Of a stretch of 64,000 nt of DNA, positions 22,962-35,090 are shown one piece after another; the stretch's first letter is position 1, and the number at the start of each line of letters is the position of its first letter. Source of the DNA: Paecilomyces variotii (lineage: Eukaryota); assembly GCA_004022145.1 (NCBI GenBank), contig RCNU01000015.1. One strand, written 5' to 3'. Below the pieces are notes generated by a model. That model saw only the letters and a program-made list of their open reading frames with translations. It had not been told where the DNA came from and ran no database searches. Both the position numbers and the translations under genes were made by a program.

Positions 22962-25448
22962 TTACGAGGACTCCAGTTTGCCCAAGAGACTACCCTCAGC
23001 AAACTGACTTTGCGGGGTGAGGTCCAGTAGTGGCTTCGTAGCGTTGCGGTCGCCGGAGGCAACACCATGCCCAGTTCCTACGCCTCCCTGAGCAGTTGCA
23101 AGTTTGTCGGCACGGGCCAGAAGACTGTTCGGTGCAAACTGACTGTCAGGGGATGTTATACTGTAATCCACCAAGGTCGACGAAGCTCCGTTTGTCCCAT
23201 GCTCATGGCCGCTCCCATGCTTGCGGCTACGAGTAGTATTGGAGCGTTTGGGTATGCCAGCACCAGTATTAGACATGTCTGCGGGTTCATCAGGAAGCGC
23301 AGGAACGCCATGCTGGGCTGGCCGTCTCCAAGTTGTCGCGCTAGGAACTACGATGGCTCCCGGTGCTAGCTCAGGACCAGTTGCAGCATCGACAAGAGGA
23401 ACACCAGGAGCGACCGTTACTCCATGACCCTTGCGCGCATGTTGTGGCGGTTCCCGGTAAACTGGCGTGAGATCAACGAGAGGTTTTTGACGAGTCGAAG
23501 TAGACCGATTGAGATCAGAATTGCCAGTGTCCGGATCGTGGGTGGAGCGCATAGTATTTGTGCGGCTATTGACACGACTTGACGGATTGCTGAATGGATG
23601 GGAGCATGGTGGAGAAACAGTCGGACTGAGCGCATTGAGTAAACCATGAGGAGAGAACGGCCCCTCTTCGGCTTCCTTCCGCTCTCTTTCACGCTCTCTT
23701 TCACGCATTAATCGCTGCCGCTGGCTGTATGTCCTTCCGAGAAGTCCTGTTGGTGAAAAGGTCGCATCCTCAACATTCTGAGAAGAGTCTGATCTCGGCG
23801 GTACGTCCTTGAGGTGGCGCGAATCGAGGTGCTGAGTATCAAGACTGAGCTTCTTCGGAAAGGATGCAGGAGCATGTGACTGGTTGTTTTTCTGGTGCAT
23901 ATGCTGCTGATATCGTGTTGGGTGGGTAGTCTGAATAGGGCCTTGATCCTTCTGAGCCTGACCCAAAACGTTTACCAAATACCAGCTCCGCCATCCCTGG
24001 ACGGCTTTATGCCATTGAGTAGCGATGTCGCGGTGATTAGTGGAGAAGAAATGGACAAAGTTCTCGGTGCTCAAGAACATGCTCGACTTTTGCTGGCTCT
24101 TGACCGCGAAGCATATTTTCTTGGGGGCCTTTATCTTCTTCGCTAATTGACGTGGAGTTGGCGAGTAGATATCGAAATCTGACAGGTGACAAACATTCGT
24201 TTGTTCATGCCCCAGTTTCTTGGCCATTACGACTTGGCCATCTGCGCGAAGCGTCACATAGCGCTTATCCCATTTCCCTGGTCGTTGAGAATGGTATATA
24301 TGGAAGGTTTGTTCTTCGGGCTGTTGTTCCGGAACGGCCTTGACATCGAGTTCATCTATCGCGGACGAACTAGAAGCAGGTATAATAACCAGAGAATTTT
24401 GATTATCAGAATCCCAAGAGTTCAGTACATCGCGAATATGCTCATATCTCCGCAATGGTCGCTCAAGCCCAAGTTGATGGAATGATTCAAGCAGGATAGA
24501 TCTCTGGGGATCAATCGGTTCAGAAAGGACATTGCACGCGAAAGTAATGATATCCTGGGAACAAGTGGTAGGGGTCACTGGCACCACGATGCCAGACTCA
24601 TTGCATTTCACAGTGACCTTTCTCTCGCCAGCATTCACAGCGGAGACGGGAGCGTCGAAGCCTGGGACGATTCCTCCTCCACCAGGCTCGATATTCTTGC
24701 CTGAGGATCCGTCGTCTGTGGCGGTTTGTTTGGTTTCACTCGCTTCTCGCTGAGAACGTCCACGGCTCTTCGAACGCGTAATTCGGGCCTTCCATGACAT
24801 CCTTGGCGATACCGTGCTATCAGAAACATCACGCCTAGTGGCATGTTCCGTGATAAATCCTGGCTCCTTCATTTCTCTGTGTCTGTCGTGGTCCCTTCTT
24901 TCCCTATGTTCCCTTGTGGCCCTCACTTTCTCTGGTGTCATTTGTCGTTCTTCAGAGGTCAACCTTTCCATAGCTTCCCTTCTATTCCGCTCTCGTATAG
25001 CATCATCTTCCTCATCGTCCTCGCTCTCGCTTTCCTGAGAACTATCAAGTTGTCCTCCGATACGAGTGTAAGAGTTAGAAACGTTCCGCGGAGTGCCAAT
25101 CTCGCATCGATCGGCTTTGCTTGCATCCACTCGCGACCGATCAACGAGCTGCGGCAATGGAGGCTGAGGCTCAGGAGGAGGCGGATGAGTAACTGCTGGC
25201 AACCTTGCTCGTCTGTATCGAGACATGCTCTGAGCAATGGTTTCATTGTGGGGCTTCTTCTGAGCTGACTCAGATCTCGGATCGTCTGTGATTGCGGTGG
25301 AGGTAAGATAACTTTGATTGACCTGCAATCCAAGTGTCTTACTAGCCTCTTGCTGCTTTTTCGCAGCAGCCTGTCTTACCGAGCGATACCGTGAGAACTT
25401 CAGGGGCCCTTGCCCTGGTGAGCCTATAACGCCTGGTTGAGGCTCCAT
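22962..25448 (-). CDS. Ras-association (RA)-like + PH domain protein
   Basis: 828-aa single ORF. Central LLESFHQLGLERPLRRYEHIRDVLNSW (RA-like) is followed by KWDKRYVTLRADG...FAVKSQQK...W (PH), with low-complexity flanks. Confidence 0.8.
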   Translation of the reverse strand: MEPQPGVIGSPGQGPLKFSRYRSVRQAAAKKQQEASKTLGLQVNQSYLTSTAITDDPRSESAQKKPHNETIAQSMSRYRRARLPAVTHPPPPEPQPPLPQLVDRSRVDASKADRCEIGTPRNVSNSYTRIGGQLDSSQESESEDDEEDDAIRERNRREAMERLTSEERQMTPEKVRATREHRERRDHDRHREMKEPGFITEHATRRDVSDSTVSPRMSWKARITRSKSRGRSQREASETKQTATDDGSSGKNIEPGGGGIVPGFDAPVSAVNAGERKVTVKCNESGIVVPVTPTTCSQDIITFACNVLSEPIDPQRSILLESFHQLGLERPLRRYEHIRDVLNSWDSDNQNSLVIIPASSSSAIDELDVKAVPEQQPEEQTFHIYHSQRPGKWDKRYVTLRADGQVVMAKKLGHEQTNVCHLSDFDIYSPTPRQLAKKIKAPKKICFAVKSQQKSSMFLSTENFVHFFSTNHRDIATQWHKAVQGWRSWYLVNVLGQAQKDQGPIQTTHPTRYQQHMHQKNNQSHAPASFPKKLSLDTQHLDSRHLKDVPPRSDSSQNVEDATFSPTGLLGRTYSQRQRLMRERERERERKEAEEGPFSPHGLLNALSPTVSPPCSHPFSNPSSRVNSRTNTMRSTHDPDTGNSDLNRSTSTRQKPLVDLTPVYREPPQHARKGHGVTVAPGVPLVDAATGPELAPGAIVVPSATTWRRPAQHGVPALPDEPADMSNTGAGIPKRSNTTRSRKHGSGHEHGTNGASSTLVDYSITSPDSQFAPNSLLARADKLATAQGGVGTGHGVASGDRNATKPLLDLTPQSQFAEGSLLGKLESS

Positions 25449-26803
25449 GGCTGCAGTTTTAGCAGTGATGATCGTCCCTTATCAACGCGCTGCGACGCGA
25501 GACATTGCATGAAAGATAACGCGGAATGATCACAGTCACCCTATACACAGTATTTCTGCCTCCATCCAGCGCTCTTTAGGCTTTGGAAGTTCACTTTAGT
25601 GGACAATAGAGGCCTTTTATCACGCTAAGTTGGAATCGGCCGGGCGCTGACGTAGGTCTGCAATTTGATCAATTCAGATAGGATAGAATCATAGAACCCT
25701 GCAACAGCAGGGGTGTGATAGCTTCTCTGGATTTCAGTATTCTTCTAAAGTAGTGCATGCTGCTATTTAAGGACGGAAGAGATGCGCAGATGAACGAGAT
25801 CCATCAAGGACCGTGCTTTGTGCCATGCACGGACGTTCTGATGAAACGGACGGCTCCTCGCGAGGTTTTTTTTTTTTTTTCCTTTTCCTTTTTGCACATG
25901 ATGTTACTCGGCCCAGATCATCAAATGTGATGTAAAGCCGCAGAGGAACAGGAACAGCACACATTGCTCTGCAAGGGACAACTATTCCCCAAGTAGCGAT
26001 TGACAGAGGTTAGCTTGCCAGCAATACCACATCATTTGCTGCGGAATTTTAGACAGTTGGATGGCTCATGGCCGGAGAAGCGAGTTAAGACTATTTGAGG
26101 CTGAAGCATCTAGCGTTTACTATTATTACTTCATTTTTTCTATTATAGGCTGTTGTCCCCTTCTACTATCGGCAGTTAATTGTTTAGCTGCTGATCATAT
26201 CACTTAACACTTTGTGTTTTCTTCTAACGTCACACAGTCAGCCGGTTTCCAACTCACGAGGCATACAACGCTGTCGAATAGTCGGTTCAAGCAGTTCAAC
26301 TTCCGCCATTCAGTTCCTGGACAAATGTGCCGACAAGGCTGGTACCAGCCTCTACTTATTCATTCTTCCCTGCTGTTGACCTTAGCACACACGCTGATAC
26401 AACATTGGATGTCCAGTTTGCCACTAGTCGTGAGGCTTTAAAGATCTCCACCGCGGCAAATGGAGATCTTCAATGGTCTCAGAACATATCATATTCACCC
26501 GTCCTAATTTCTACCGGGCTGTTTCTACACCATTCTTGTGAAATTTGCGGAAATGAGAACTGGTTACCTTGGAAGGGTCAATTCTCAGAAAATATTTTTG
26601 ACTTCATTCGTGGACAGTCGTGCTTGGGCGTCAACACTCTGTTTGCTGAGCATTGCAGCTGAATCATGATAGGTAGGTAGGTATGTACAGGATTTTTTTC
26701 TGGAATGTGCGTTCGCTCCTCCAGAGGACTGAAGATTCCGATTGCTCTAGGGATATTGCTCCCGACAGGCTTGAGAGCTGACCAATGGCTTGATGCTCTC
26801 TCT

Positions 26804-28010
26804 CTACTTGCGGTATGCGCCTAGTTCTCTCCTCCTGCAACAAGTCAGTCTCAATATTCCCAGTTTCTCTTACGGATAGGAGATACATACCACCAGGCTA
26901 CAAAGTCCACCGTCCTCGTATCGATTTCAAGGTCCTTTAGCTCCTTGGTCGACAGATGGGTATCGTACGGCCTCTGGACAGGAGCGTTCGGATCATTTCC
27001 CTCTTTGTTCCTGATCATGCCGGGCAATGGCAGATTTAGGATCTCCGCAAACTTCTCGCACATCTCGTATTTTGTCATTCGGTCCTCGGACGAGAACTGC
27101 AGGATTCTTGGCATCTCCTTGAGCTTATCTCGGTTAGTGAGATACTTGACCGCTGTATGAAGGCACACCCTTGCTACATCCTCCGTGTTGGTCGGGTATC
27201 GCTGGGCCCAGTCATCCATCTTCACGCCAGCGTTCTCGTCCTGAGCCTTCCATACCGCGTCTACCAACACATTCACCGCGCTCTCTTCGTTCTTCTGAGC
27301 GGAGCCGTAGAGGACAGGTACCCTCAGGACCACCCCCATGCCGTTTTCGCTAGTCTCCTCTAATACGGCAATTTCGCCATCCCTTTTCATCTGCCCGTAT
27401 CTGTTCGTAGGTTCGGGTTTCGCTGAAGCTTCGTAAGGGGCTTCGCCTGGCCGACCAGGGAAGACATAGTCCGTCGAGATATAGATGAGGAAGATCCCCC
27501 GTGACGACGTAGCCTGAGCGAGTGCACGGGTAGCCTCGACATTGATCTTGGAAGCTCTTTCCGGGTCGTTCTCGCACAGGTCAGGAGAGCGGTTTGCGGC
27601 GCCTGTATTTGGGCTTGTCAGAAACGTGATCAAACAAGAGAGCAACTACTCCGGCATAGACGAGTATATATTTCATCTAGAAAGAGCACGTACAATGAAC
27701 AACGACCAGTGGCCTAAGACACGTAACTGTCAGCACCAAAATAATGATAACAACCCAATCTACCCCGCACCTATACAAATCGAACAACCACGCCATTGAA
27801 CCGCCAATTTTCAAAACATACTACTTACTTTGCCTCGTCCAGCAGCATCCTCGCTTCCTCTGGATTTTCTAGATTGGCCTTCATGATCGTAGGCGGGACA
27901 GCTCGCGTGTGCCCTTGGCCGACAGTAAGCCAGCCAGCATGTTTGAAAATCTTGAAGACCTGACGGCCCAGCAGGCCCGTCGCACCGGTGACAAGTGCTG
28001 TGTGAGACAT
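26804..28010 (-). CDS. RmlD-like NAD(P)-dependent reductase (dTDP-4-dehydrorhamnose reductase / MAT2-beta-like)
   Basis: VTGATGLLG Rossmann motif, YISTDYVFPG and YGQMK (YxxxK). Four exons including a 20-nt micro-exon at 27694-27713; last exon RELGAYRK* ends at 26804. Confidence 0.88.
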
Positions 28011-28654
28011 GCTTCGTAGTAATTGGAATGGAATTGAATCGATACTGACTCAATTCAAACAGATCAGTGAGGAAATGATTAGGTGAAACACTTTTGAAGG
28101 GACTACATGACGACTCTTGATCTTTAGTTCTACGCGGGACGCAAGCGAGAACCATGACGTATAGTAACTGATTAACTAGTTATGGGGAATGGGGGGGCCT
28201 TACTCAGCAGAGCTACCACAGGGCATTGTTTATGCAATTGCTAGAACTTATGAGTTATTATACATGATTATACTATTAGGAGAAGGCTGCACACGCAATG
28301 GTGGGCATATTTGACTGGTATCATGCTGGCTCATCAATTTCTAGAGGCGGGGTCGGCAAATAACCATCGCGGAGGATAAAGATAAATTAAGAGAGATAAT
28401 AATCATACGACAGCATTGATACCTCCACTAAATGATAATATAGTGTCGCGTGATACGCGTTTTTCCATTTGCGCGTACGTACTTGCATACTGGGATTAAG
28501 CCACAATGAGCTGAAGTAGCTCATATATATTCCAATAATGCTTTTGGGCCGTCATACAACCGTCTAATATAAGAAATTTGATCTCTCAGAACACCCAGAT
28601 ATGCAAATAATTATGTTGTTCAGTATACAAAATCGTCCTTGGCTATGACAGCTC

Positions 28655-30145
28655 CTATGACTGCGTCATTTCGACGTCTTTCGTCTTGTCGTCGGCTTTC
28701 TCCTTTATAGTAGCATCTTGCGAGGCCTTTTCAGTCTCGGCGGCCTTCTGCTGTTTATATTGGGCTCGTTCTTCCCTCTTCAACTGCCTTCTGCTCTTGG
28801 GTTTCCCAGCTTCAGCGTCACTCTTGCGCGAGGGCCAAGTCTGACGACATTTCTCTTCATCTTCTTCCGACCACGCACGTGGAAGTACTGCGAAAAGAAG
28901 ATATGAGGTATGAGTTTTGATCTCAGGTTCAGTGCGATGGATCAGACGACCAGAGTTGTATGGAGGGGGCCGCTGCTTAGACCGATCGGCCGCTCCCTTG
29001 TCCGTCTCACCGTCTCCGGTCGTCGTTTGTCGTCGAAGGGGTGTCTCACTAGATTCGCCCTGTTCTGCTGTCACGCGATAGCGCTTGGCGTGCTCTTCAA
29101 CGGTACGCAGTCTCGCAACCGACTCTTCCACTGAGTTAGGGAAGACTGTTGCAGAGCGGACACCCTCATATTCCAGTCCGATGTACTCCCTGTGGACTTC
29201 GATTCGTCGCTGTTGCACCTCGACCATCGAAATGTTTAGCCACCCAAGTTGCCTCATAGTTGTGATTGTCCTTTGCACCTGTTCCAGGCAGGGCGAGAAT
29301 GTACATATATGCACAGCTGATGACGGATCGAGAGGGGACTCTGTTCCATTACTAGGCGAGCGGACGAGATGCGGGAGAGCAAGCCAAGGAGCCGGTAGGT
29401 CCAAAAAGATAGCATTGGCTTTGGGTGATGCTCCCGTCTTTGGGTCTCCCACCAAGAAACCATCTTTGTAAACATCACGGTGTGTCACTTCCACCAAACC
29501 TTCCAGTCCATGCTCCTTTATTTCCTGTTGTATCCGCTCAACGCGCTGAGCGTGAAACTCGAAACTGCAAACTTTGCCCAGTCGTCTTCGCTTCGCAGGA
29601 GGTGCCTCGGCAGGGTATCCGTTGAACACTGCACGAACTGAGGCATGTGTAAAGGAACCACTGCCCGCTCCAGCCTCAATAATTCTGCTGCCGGGTCGCG
29701 CGCGCAATCTATGTAGAACGTAACTGTAGTCGGGCGTGTAGACAACCTGGGTTCGGTGAGGCAGCGATGCAGTCCACGATTCTGGAGTCGGTGGAAGCAG
29801 GTGGATGAAACCACTCGCTGCTGCGACTGGAGTTTTGGCTGTCCTCACTCCGTCTGCCGCCCCTGAAGAATCAATATCATCTGCTTTGCGCTTTTGCTGT
29901 CTCCGGCCGCGAGATCCGGTATCGACCTTCGAAGCGACGATTTGCGAACCCCATGGCTGATCGAGCAAGGTACTATGCGGATAAGATCCAAAGCGAGTAT
30001 TGGTGACTTTTCCTTCATCGTATCCTAGATTTTCATCGTCGTATGTCCTGAGAACGGTCGTGACAAGCTGATCTCTGCGTAGATGAAGAACAGCGAGCGT
30101 ATCTGGCTGCGAAGACCTGCCAGGAGTCAGGAAAGGAGAGGGCAT
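28655..30145 (-). CDS. TRM61: tRNA (adenine-58-N1)-methyltransferase catalytic subunit
   Basis: LPHRTQVVYTPD, IIEAGAGSGSFTH, FLDLPAPW, FSPCLEQV and HTSYLLFA motifs of Gcd14/Trm61. Confidence 0.96.
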   Translation of the reverse strand: MPSPFLTPGRSSQPDTLAVLHLRRDQLVTTVLRTYDDENLGYDEGKVTNTRFGSYPHSTLLDQPWGSQIVASKVDTGSRGRRQQKRKADDIDSSGAADGVRTAKTPVAAASGFIHLLPPTPESWTASLPHRTQVVYTPDYSYVLHRLRARPGSRIIEAGAGSGSFTHASVRAVFNGYPAEAPPAKRRRLGKVCSFEFHAQRVERIQQEIKEHGLEGLVEVTHRDVYKDGFLVGDPKTGASPKANAIFLDLPAPWLALPHLVRSPSNGTESPLDPSSAVHICTFSPCLEQVQRTITTMRQLGWLNISMVEVQQRRIEVHREYIGLEYEGVRSATVFPNSVEESVARLRTVEEHAKRYRVTAEQGESSETPLRRQTTTGDGETDKGAADRSKQRPPPYNSGRLIHRTEPEIKTHTSYLLFAVLPRAWSEEDEEKCRQTWPSRKSDAEAGKPKSRRQLKREERAQYKQQKAAETEKASQDATIKEKADDKTKDVEMTQS

Positions 30146-30443
30146 GATGACGGAAAATAGGCCGATGCGAAACCGGTATTATCTCCCTCTATTCGAAACT
30201 CGCAACGGCCCTGGCAGGAGAATAATTCGTTCTGTACACGCTTTTTCCCCCGCAAAAGTTGACGTCTTGCAAGATTTCTACGGAGATGGCCCAAAACGGG
30301 CTAGATAGGGCTTAGGGCTCAGTGCTTCTCCGTATCAGCTTCCGCAGTTGTTTGGTTCAGGCGGAGCTGAAGATGGCGGCATTCTGTTTGTCCTTGAGTC
30401 ACCCCTCCCTCTTTAGCCCCTCCTTGATTCCCTCCGTTCCTTT

Positions 30444-33090
30444 ATGCGTTTCTCCTCTCGTCCCTGCGCTCTTTTCTTTACCTCTGTTTTCAGACAGCGG
30501 CCACCCTCGACTACTGCCTTGTTTATTCTCCCGAGGACCATGAGTACCTCGCGCCAGCAGCCGCCGTGGCAGCAACCGGCTCTCCCTGCGGAAGCCGGTG
30601 CGCGTCTGCCGCCGCTGAAGATCTACAATACGTTAACAAGGACAAAGACGCCGTTCATTCCTTTGGATCCGGAGGGCAAGAGGGTGACTTGGTATGCTTG
30701 CGGACCGACGGTGTGAGTATTGCAGGCGAAAGTGGCGCCTTGGAGTTGCTGGCTTGGTCCCATATCAGAGTATCTAACTTCTGCATCTAGATATGATGAT
30801 GCGCATTTGGGGCATGCGCGCAATTATGTGAGCACTGATATTATTCGGCGGTTAATGCGCGACTATTTCAAGTTCGACGTGAAGTTCGTTATGAACATCA
30901 CGGATGTGGATGACAAGGTACGCTTTTCTTCACAACGAACAGAGAATTGGCGCAGCAAGAACTAAACGCCTCTAGATTATCCTACGAGGCCGACAGCAGC
31001 ATCTGTTCTCTGAGTTCGTCTCTGCACACCCAACTGTCGACGAGGAAGTCCTCCAGACCGCCAGATCTGCATACACGGCCTACATCAAAAAGAACCTCCC
31101 GTTGCTCGACCCGCAGCTCTCACCGGAGAAATACCAGGAAGAAGTGGAGAAGGCATATGCAGTCGTGCTCAATGGTGGTCCCCTACCTGGAAACGAGAAG
31201 CCAGGTGACGACGAAGCTAAGGTCAAGATGCACATCAAGACTGTTGCATCCGCGGCCAAGGCTATTGCGCAGGCCCAGGGCTCGGGAAAGACGGTTCTTG
31301 CCGAAAGCTTCTACGACAGCATTCAAGACGTCCTGCTTCCCTACTTGGATTCGCTGAAAGGGTCGATGATAAACGGAGAAGATCATGCAATATTCACCAA
31401 GCTTACAAAGAAGTACGAAGAAAGGTTTATGCAGGATATGAGAGACTTGAATGTTTTGGACCCCGACGAGTTGACTCGAGTAACGGAATACGGCAACGAG
31501 ATTGCCAATTTCGTCGAGAAGATCGTTCAGAATAACTTCGGTTACGTGACGGCGGATGGTTCAGTTTACTTCGACATCAATGCCTTTGAGGCTGCGGGTA
31601 ATCCCTATGCTAGGTTGGAGCCTTGGAGCCGCACCGATAACAAGCTCCTCGCAGAAGGGGAAGGCGCATTGACTAGCAAGACTACGGAGAAGCGCTCACC
31701 TTCCGATTTTGCTTTGTGGAAGTCTTCTAAACCAGGAGAGCCAAGCTGGCCCAGCCCCTGGGGTAAGGGTCGTCCTGGGTGGCATATTGAGTGCTCCGCC
31801 ATGGCGTCTGCGAAATTCGGCAAAAAGATGGATATCCATTCTGGAGGCATTGACCTTGCCTTCCCACACCACGACAACGAGATCGCTCAAAGTGAGGCCT
31901 TCTGGTCGTGCGAAGACCATTCGCATGAGCAATGGGTGAACTACTTCCTCCACATGGGTCATCTGTCGATTCAAGGAAGCAAGATGAGTAAGAGTTTGAA
32001 GAACTTCACCACAATCCGTGAAGCACTAGAACAGAAAGCTTGGACCCCAAGGAGTCTGCGCATTGTGTTCTTGCTAGGCGGTTGGAGGGAAGGCATTGAG
32101 ATTACGGAGGACCTTATCAATGCTGGAAACGCATGGGAGGACAAGGTGAACAACTTTTTCCTGAAGGTGAAGGACCCATCTGCTCTTGAGGAATCTGGCT
32201 CCGCCACAGACGAGACTCTCGCTGCCGCTCTCGAGTCTACCAAGGCCACTGTTCGCGAACATCTGTGCGATTCGTTTAACACTCCTGGAGCCATGTATGC
32301 CATCTCGGAGCTCATTACGAAGTACAATAGCGCAGACAAGGAGACATTGAAGGCTAAGGATGTGGAAGCTGTTGCGCGCTGGATCACTTCCATGGTGAAT
32401 ACCTTTGGTCTCAATGGTACTGCTTCACCGGACAGTGCGGAGATCGGCTGGTCTGGGATTGATGTTCCAGAAGAAGCGAAGCCTTATCTCTATCCCCTTT
32501 CTGAGATGCGCGACACCCTCCGTCAGGCCGCGAAGGCAAAGACCGGACTAACCCCTGAGAAGATACAGGAGATAGTGTCGCGTGGGTCGGTGACAGAACA
32601 AGAGGTCCCTGAAAATGCTAAGCCTTATGCTACTGTTTTGTCTGAGTTCAAGACGAAAGTGTCTTCTCTTGAGCAGTCTAGTAATATCGAGAAGGAAATC
32701 TTAAGCCTCTGCGATCGTGTGCGAGATGTTGACCTCTTCGATCTTGGCATTTACCTGGAGGATCGCGACAACAAGCCAGCATTGGTCCGCCCTGTCAGCA
32801 AGGAGCTCATTCAAGCTCGCGAGGAAAAGGCCGCGCGGGCTCGCCAGAAGCAGCTCGAAAAGGAGAAGAAGGAAAGAGAAGCGCGTGAAAAGTTGGAGAA
32901 AGGCAAGCTGAGTCACCTGGAGATGTTCCGAACAAATGAATACAGCGCGTGGGATGCAGAGGGTATCCCAACCCATGACGCAGCCGGCGAGGAGATTAAC
33001 AAGAGCCGTGCTAAGAAGCTGCGGAAAGATTGGGAACGACAGAAGAAGGCGCATGAGGCTTGGTTAGCGAGTGCGCAGGGCGCAAAATAG
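30444..33090 (+). CDS. CRS1: Cysteinyl-tRNA synthetase
   Basis: [18 protein letters not shown] (HIGH motif), [19 protein letters not shown] and KMSKS; two introns near 30713-30791 and 30917-30976; in-frame ATGs at 30444 and 30540. Confidence 0.96.
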
Positions 33091-33705
33091 ATACCTACCG
33101 GCAGGCTTGTGCCTCAGCCGTGGCATGTTTACTGTCTTGTATGATTTCGATCGTTGCATTTCAGGCGTTATACGGAGACTCGATCTCGAACCATAAAAAA
33201 GATACGTTGTTTTTCCACCTCGCTATTCGCACATGTGGCGTCGTCTGTAGATGTTACATTTTCAGGTTATGAGTAATGTCAAATACCTAAAGACAAGTGA
33301 CCATAGTTTCCTTCCTCTAGCGCTTATGCTGAACGCCTTATCAATTATAATTACAAGGATGGAAAGGACCGAATCCTCTTCCGGTCTCTGATACTTCCGC
33401 ATCGATTGGACTCTGAACGGCCTTTGACGGAGTCATCGGCTGCATAGAACAAGTAGAAGTTATTCATGCATCTTTCCCAATGGATAATTTGATGGCTAGC
33501 AAGACCGTGTAAGATTTTAATGTAATGTAAGATAATACTTGATGCGGGGATGCGGCCGATGCGACTACTTTTTTCTGGATCAGCCCAGCGGCCGTGTCTT
33601 TGTATGAGGTTTGGGCATATTTATATCTGTTCTGCTTCTCTAATCTCCGCCCTTTCCAGACTCTCTCTTGTTCTATATATACTCTAATTCTGTTCATCGT
33701 TAACG

Positions 33706-34632
33706 ATGTCTCCTCGCGTTTGGTTTATCACCGGGTGCTCAACTGGTTTTGGCCGAGAGCTCGTACTTCAAGCCCTGAAGAGAGGCGACAAGGTCATTGC
33801 GACAGCCCGCAATGTTTCCAAGCTGGCAGACCTCGAGGCCGAAGGAGCGAAGATCTTGCCCCTCGATGTTACGGCAGATTTGGGATCTTTGAAGCAATCT
33901 GCGGCTACGGCGTATGCCGTTTATGACAGAATCGATATCTTGGTTAACAACGCCGGGTACCTTTGCTCAGGATCTATTGAAGAGACAAGGGAAGTTCATC
34001 CTAATATTGGGAAATTTGCAGGATAAAAAGCTAATCTTCGCAATAGCCCAGAAGAGACGTACTCTCAATTCAACGCCAACGTCTTCGGTCTCCTCAATAT
34101 CAATAGAGCATTCCTGCCTTACCTACGGGCCCAGAAATCCGGAGTCATTGCAAACTTCTCCAGCATTGGCGCCTGGACAGGTCCTGCTGGAGTAGGTATA
34201 TACTGCGCATCGAAATGGGCAGTCGCTGGAATCTCAGAGGCTATGAGCAGTGAACTTGCCGAATTCGGAATAAGGACCATCAGCATCGAACCTGGATTTT
34301 TCAGATCCAAGCTTCTGGACGGAGGCAATCGATCTGTTATCCAGAACTACATTGCAGACTATGATGGTGCCGCTGCACGAAAGGGAATGCAGATGCTAGA
34401 AGCCCTGGACCAGAAGCAGCCGGGAGATATTGCCAAGGGCTGTAAGGTCATCATCGATGTTCTTACACAATGTAGTACCGCAGCTGGGAAGGACATCCCG
34501 ATCAGGCTGGCATTGGGTGCGGATTCGTACGAGCTCATCAGGGCCAAGTGCCAGGAGACGATCACCCTCTTGGATGGGTGGAAGGATATCTCAACTCCTA
34601 CCAACCATGATGATGTAGCTGGAAACCTGTAA
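33706..34632 (+). CDS. Short-chain dehydrogenase/reductase (17beta-HSD-like classical SDR); intron has non-canonical GG donor
   Basis: WFITGCSTGFG, LVNNAG, YCASK and IEPGFF motifs. The frame is restored by removing 33990-34046 (GGAAGT...GCTAAT...TAG). Confidence 0.85.
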
Positions 34633-35090
34633 GGGGTTTCACCTTGGATATTGTTATTGTCAGTCGATATTCCCATTTTACTTTACTCGATTTAGTTACA
34701 ACCCATCTTACTCTAAAAATGTAGAACTTGAGGTCAAGAACTGGCAGTTAAGTATTGAATGAGGAACCCATTCATAACTACACTGTAATGTTCTCGCCTC
34801 AAAAGAACAAAAGTACTCCTCGCTAAATCTTCAATAAAGCTTCAAAGGCGCATTCTGGCTTACCCATGTTGTTGTCGTCGTCCGGTAGACTTACCATTTC
34901 GGGACTTCCATGCATACGGTATCAGATGACTAGAATAATAGCGGGGTTCCCCAATCTGCGAATTTAGCCTATTCTATCTCCGACGTTTCTTTATTTCTAC
35001 CAGGATTTCTCAGAGATCTCTCTCTTGCTATCCTGTCTTTTTGTCACTGCACTGCAACTAAAGTTGCCAACCTTACTCACATCAGACAAA

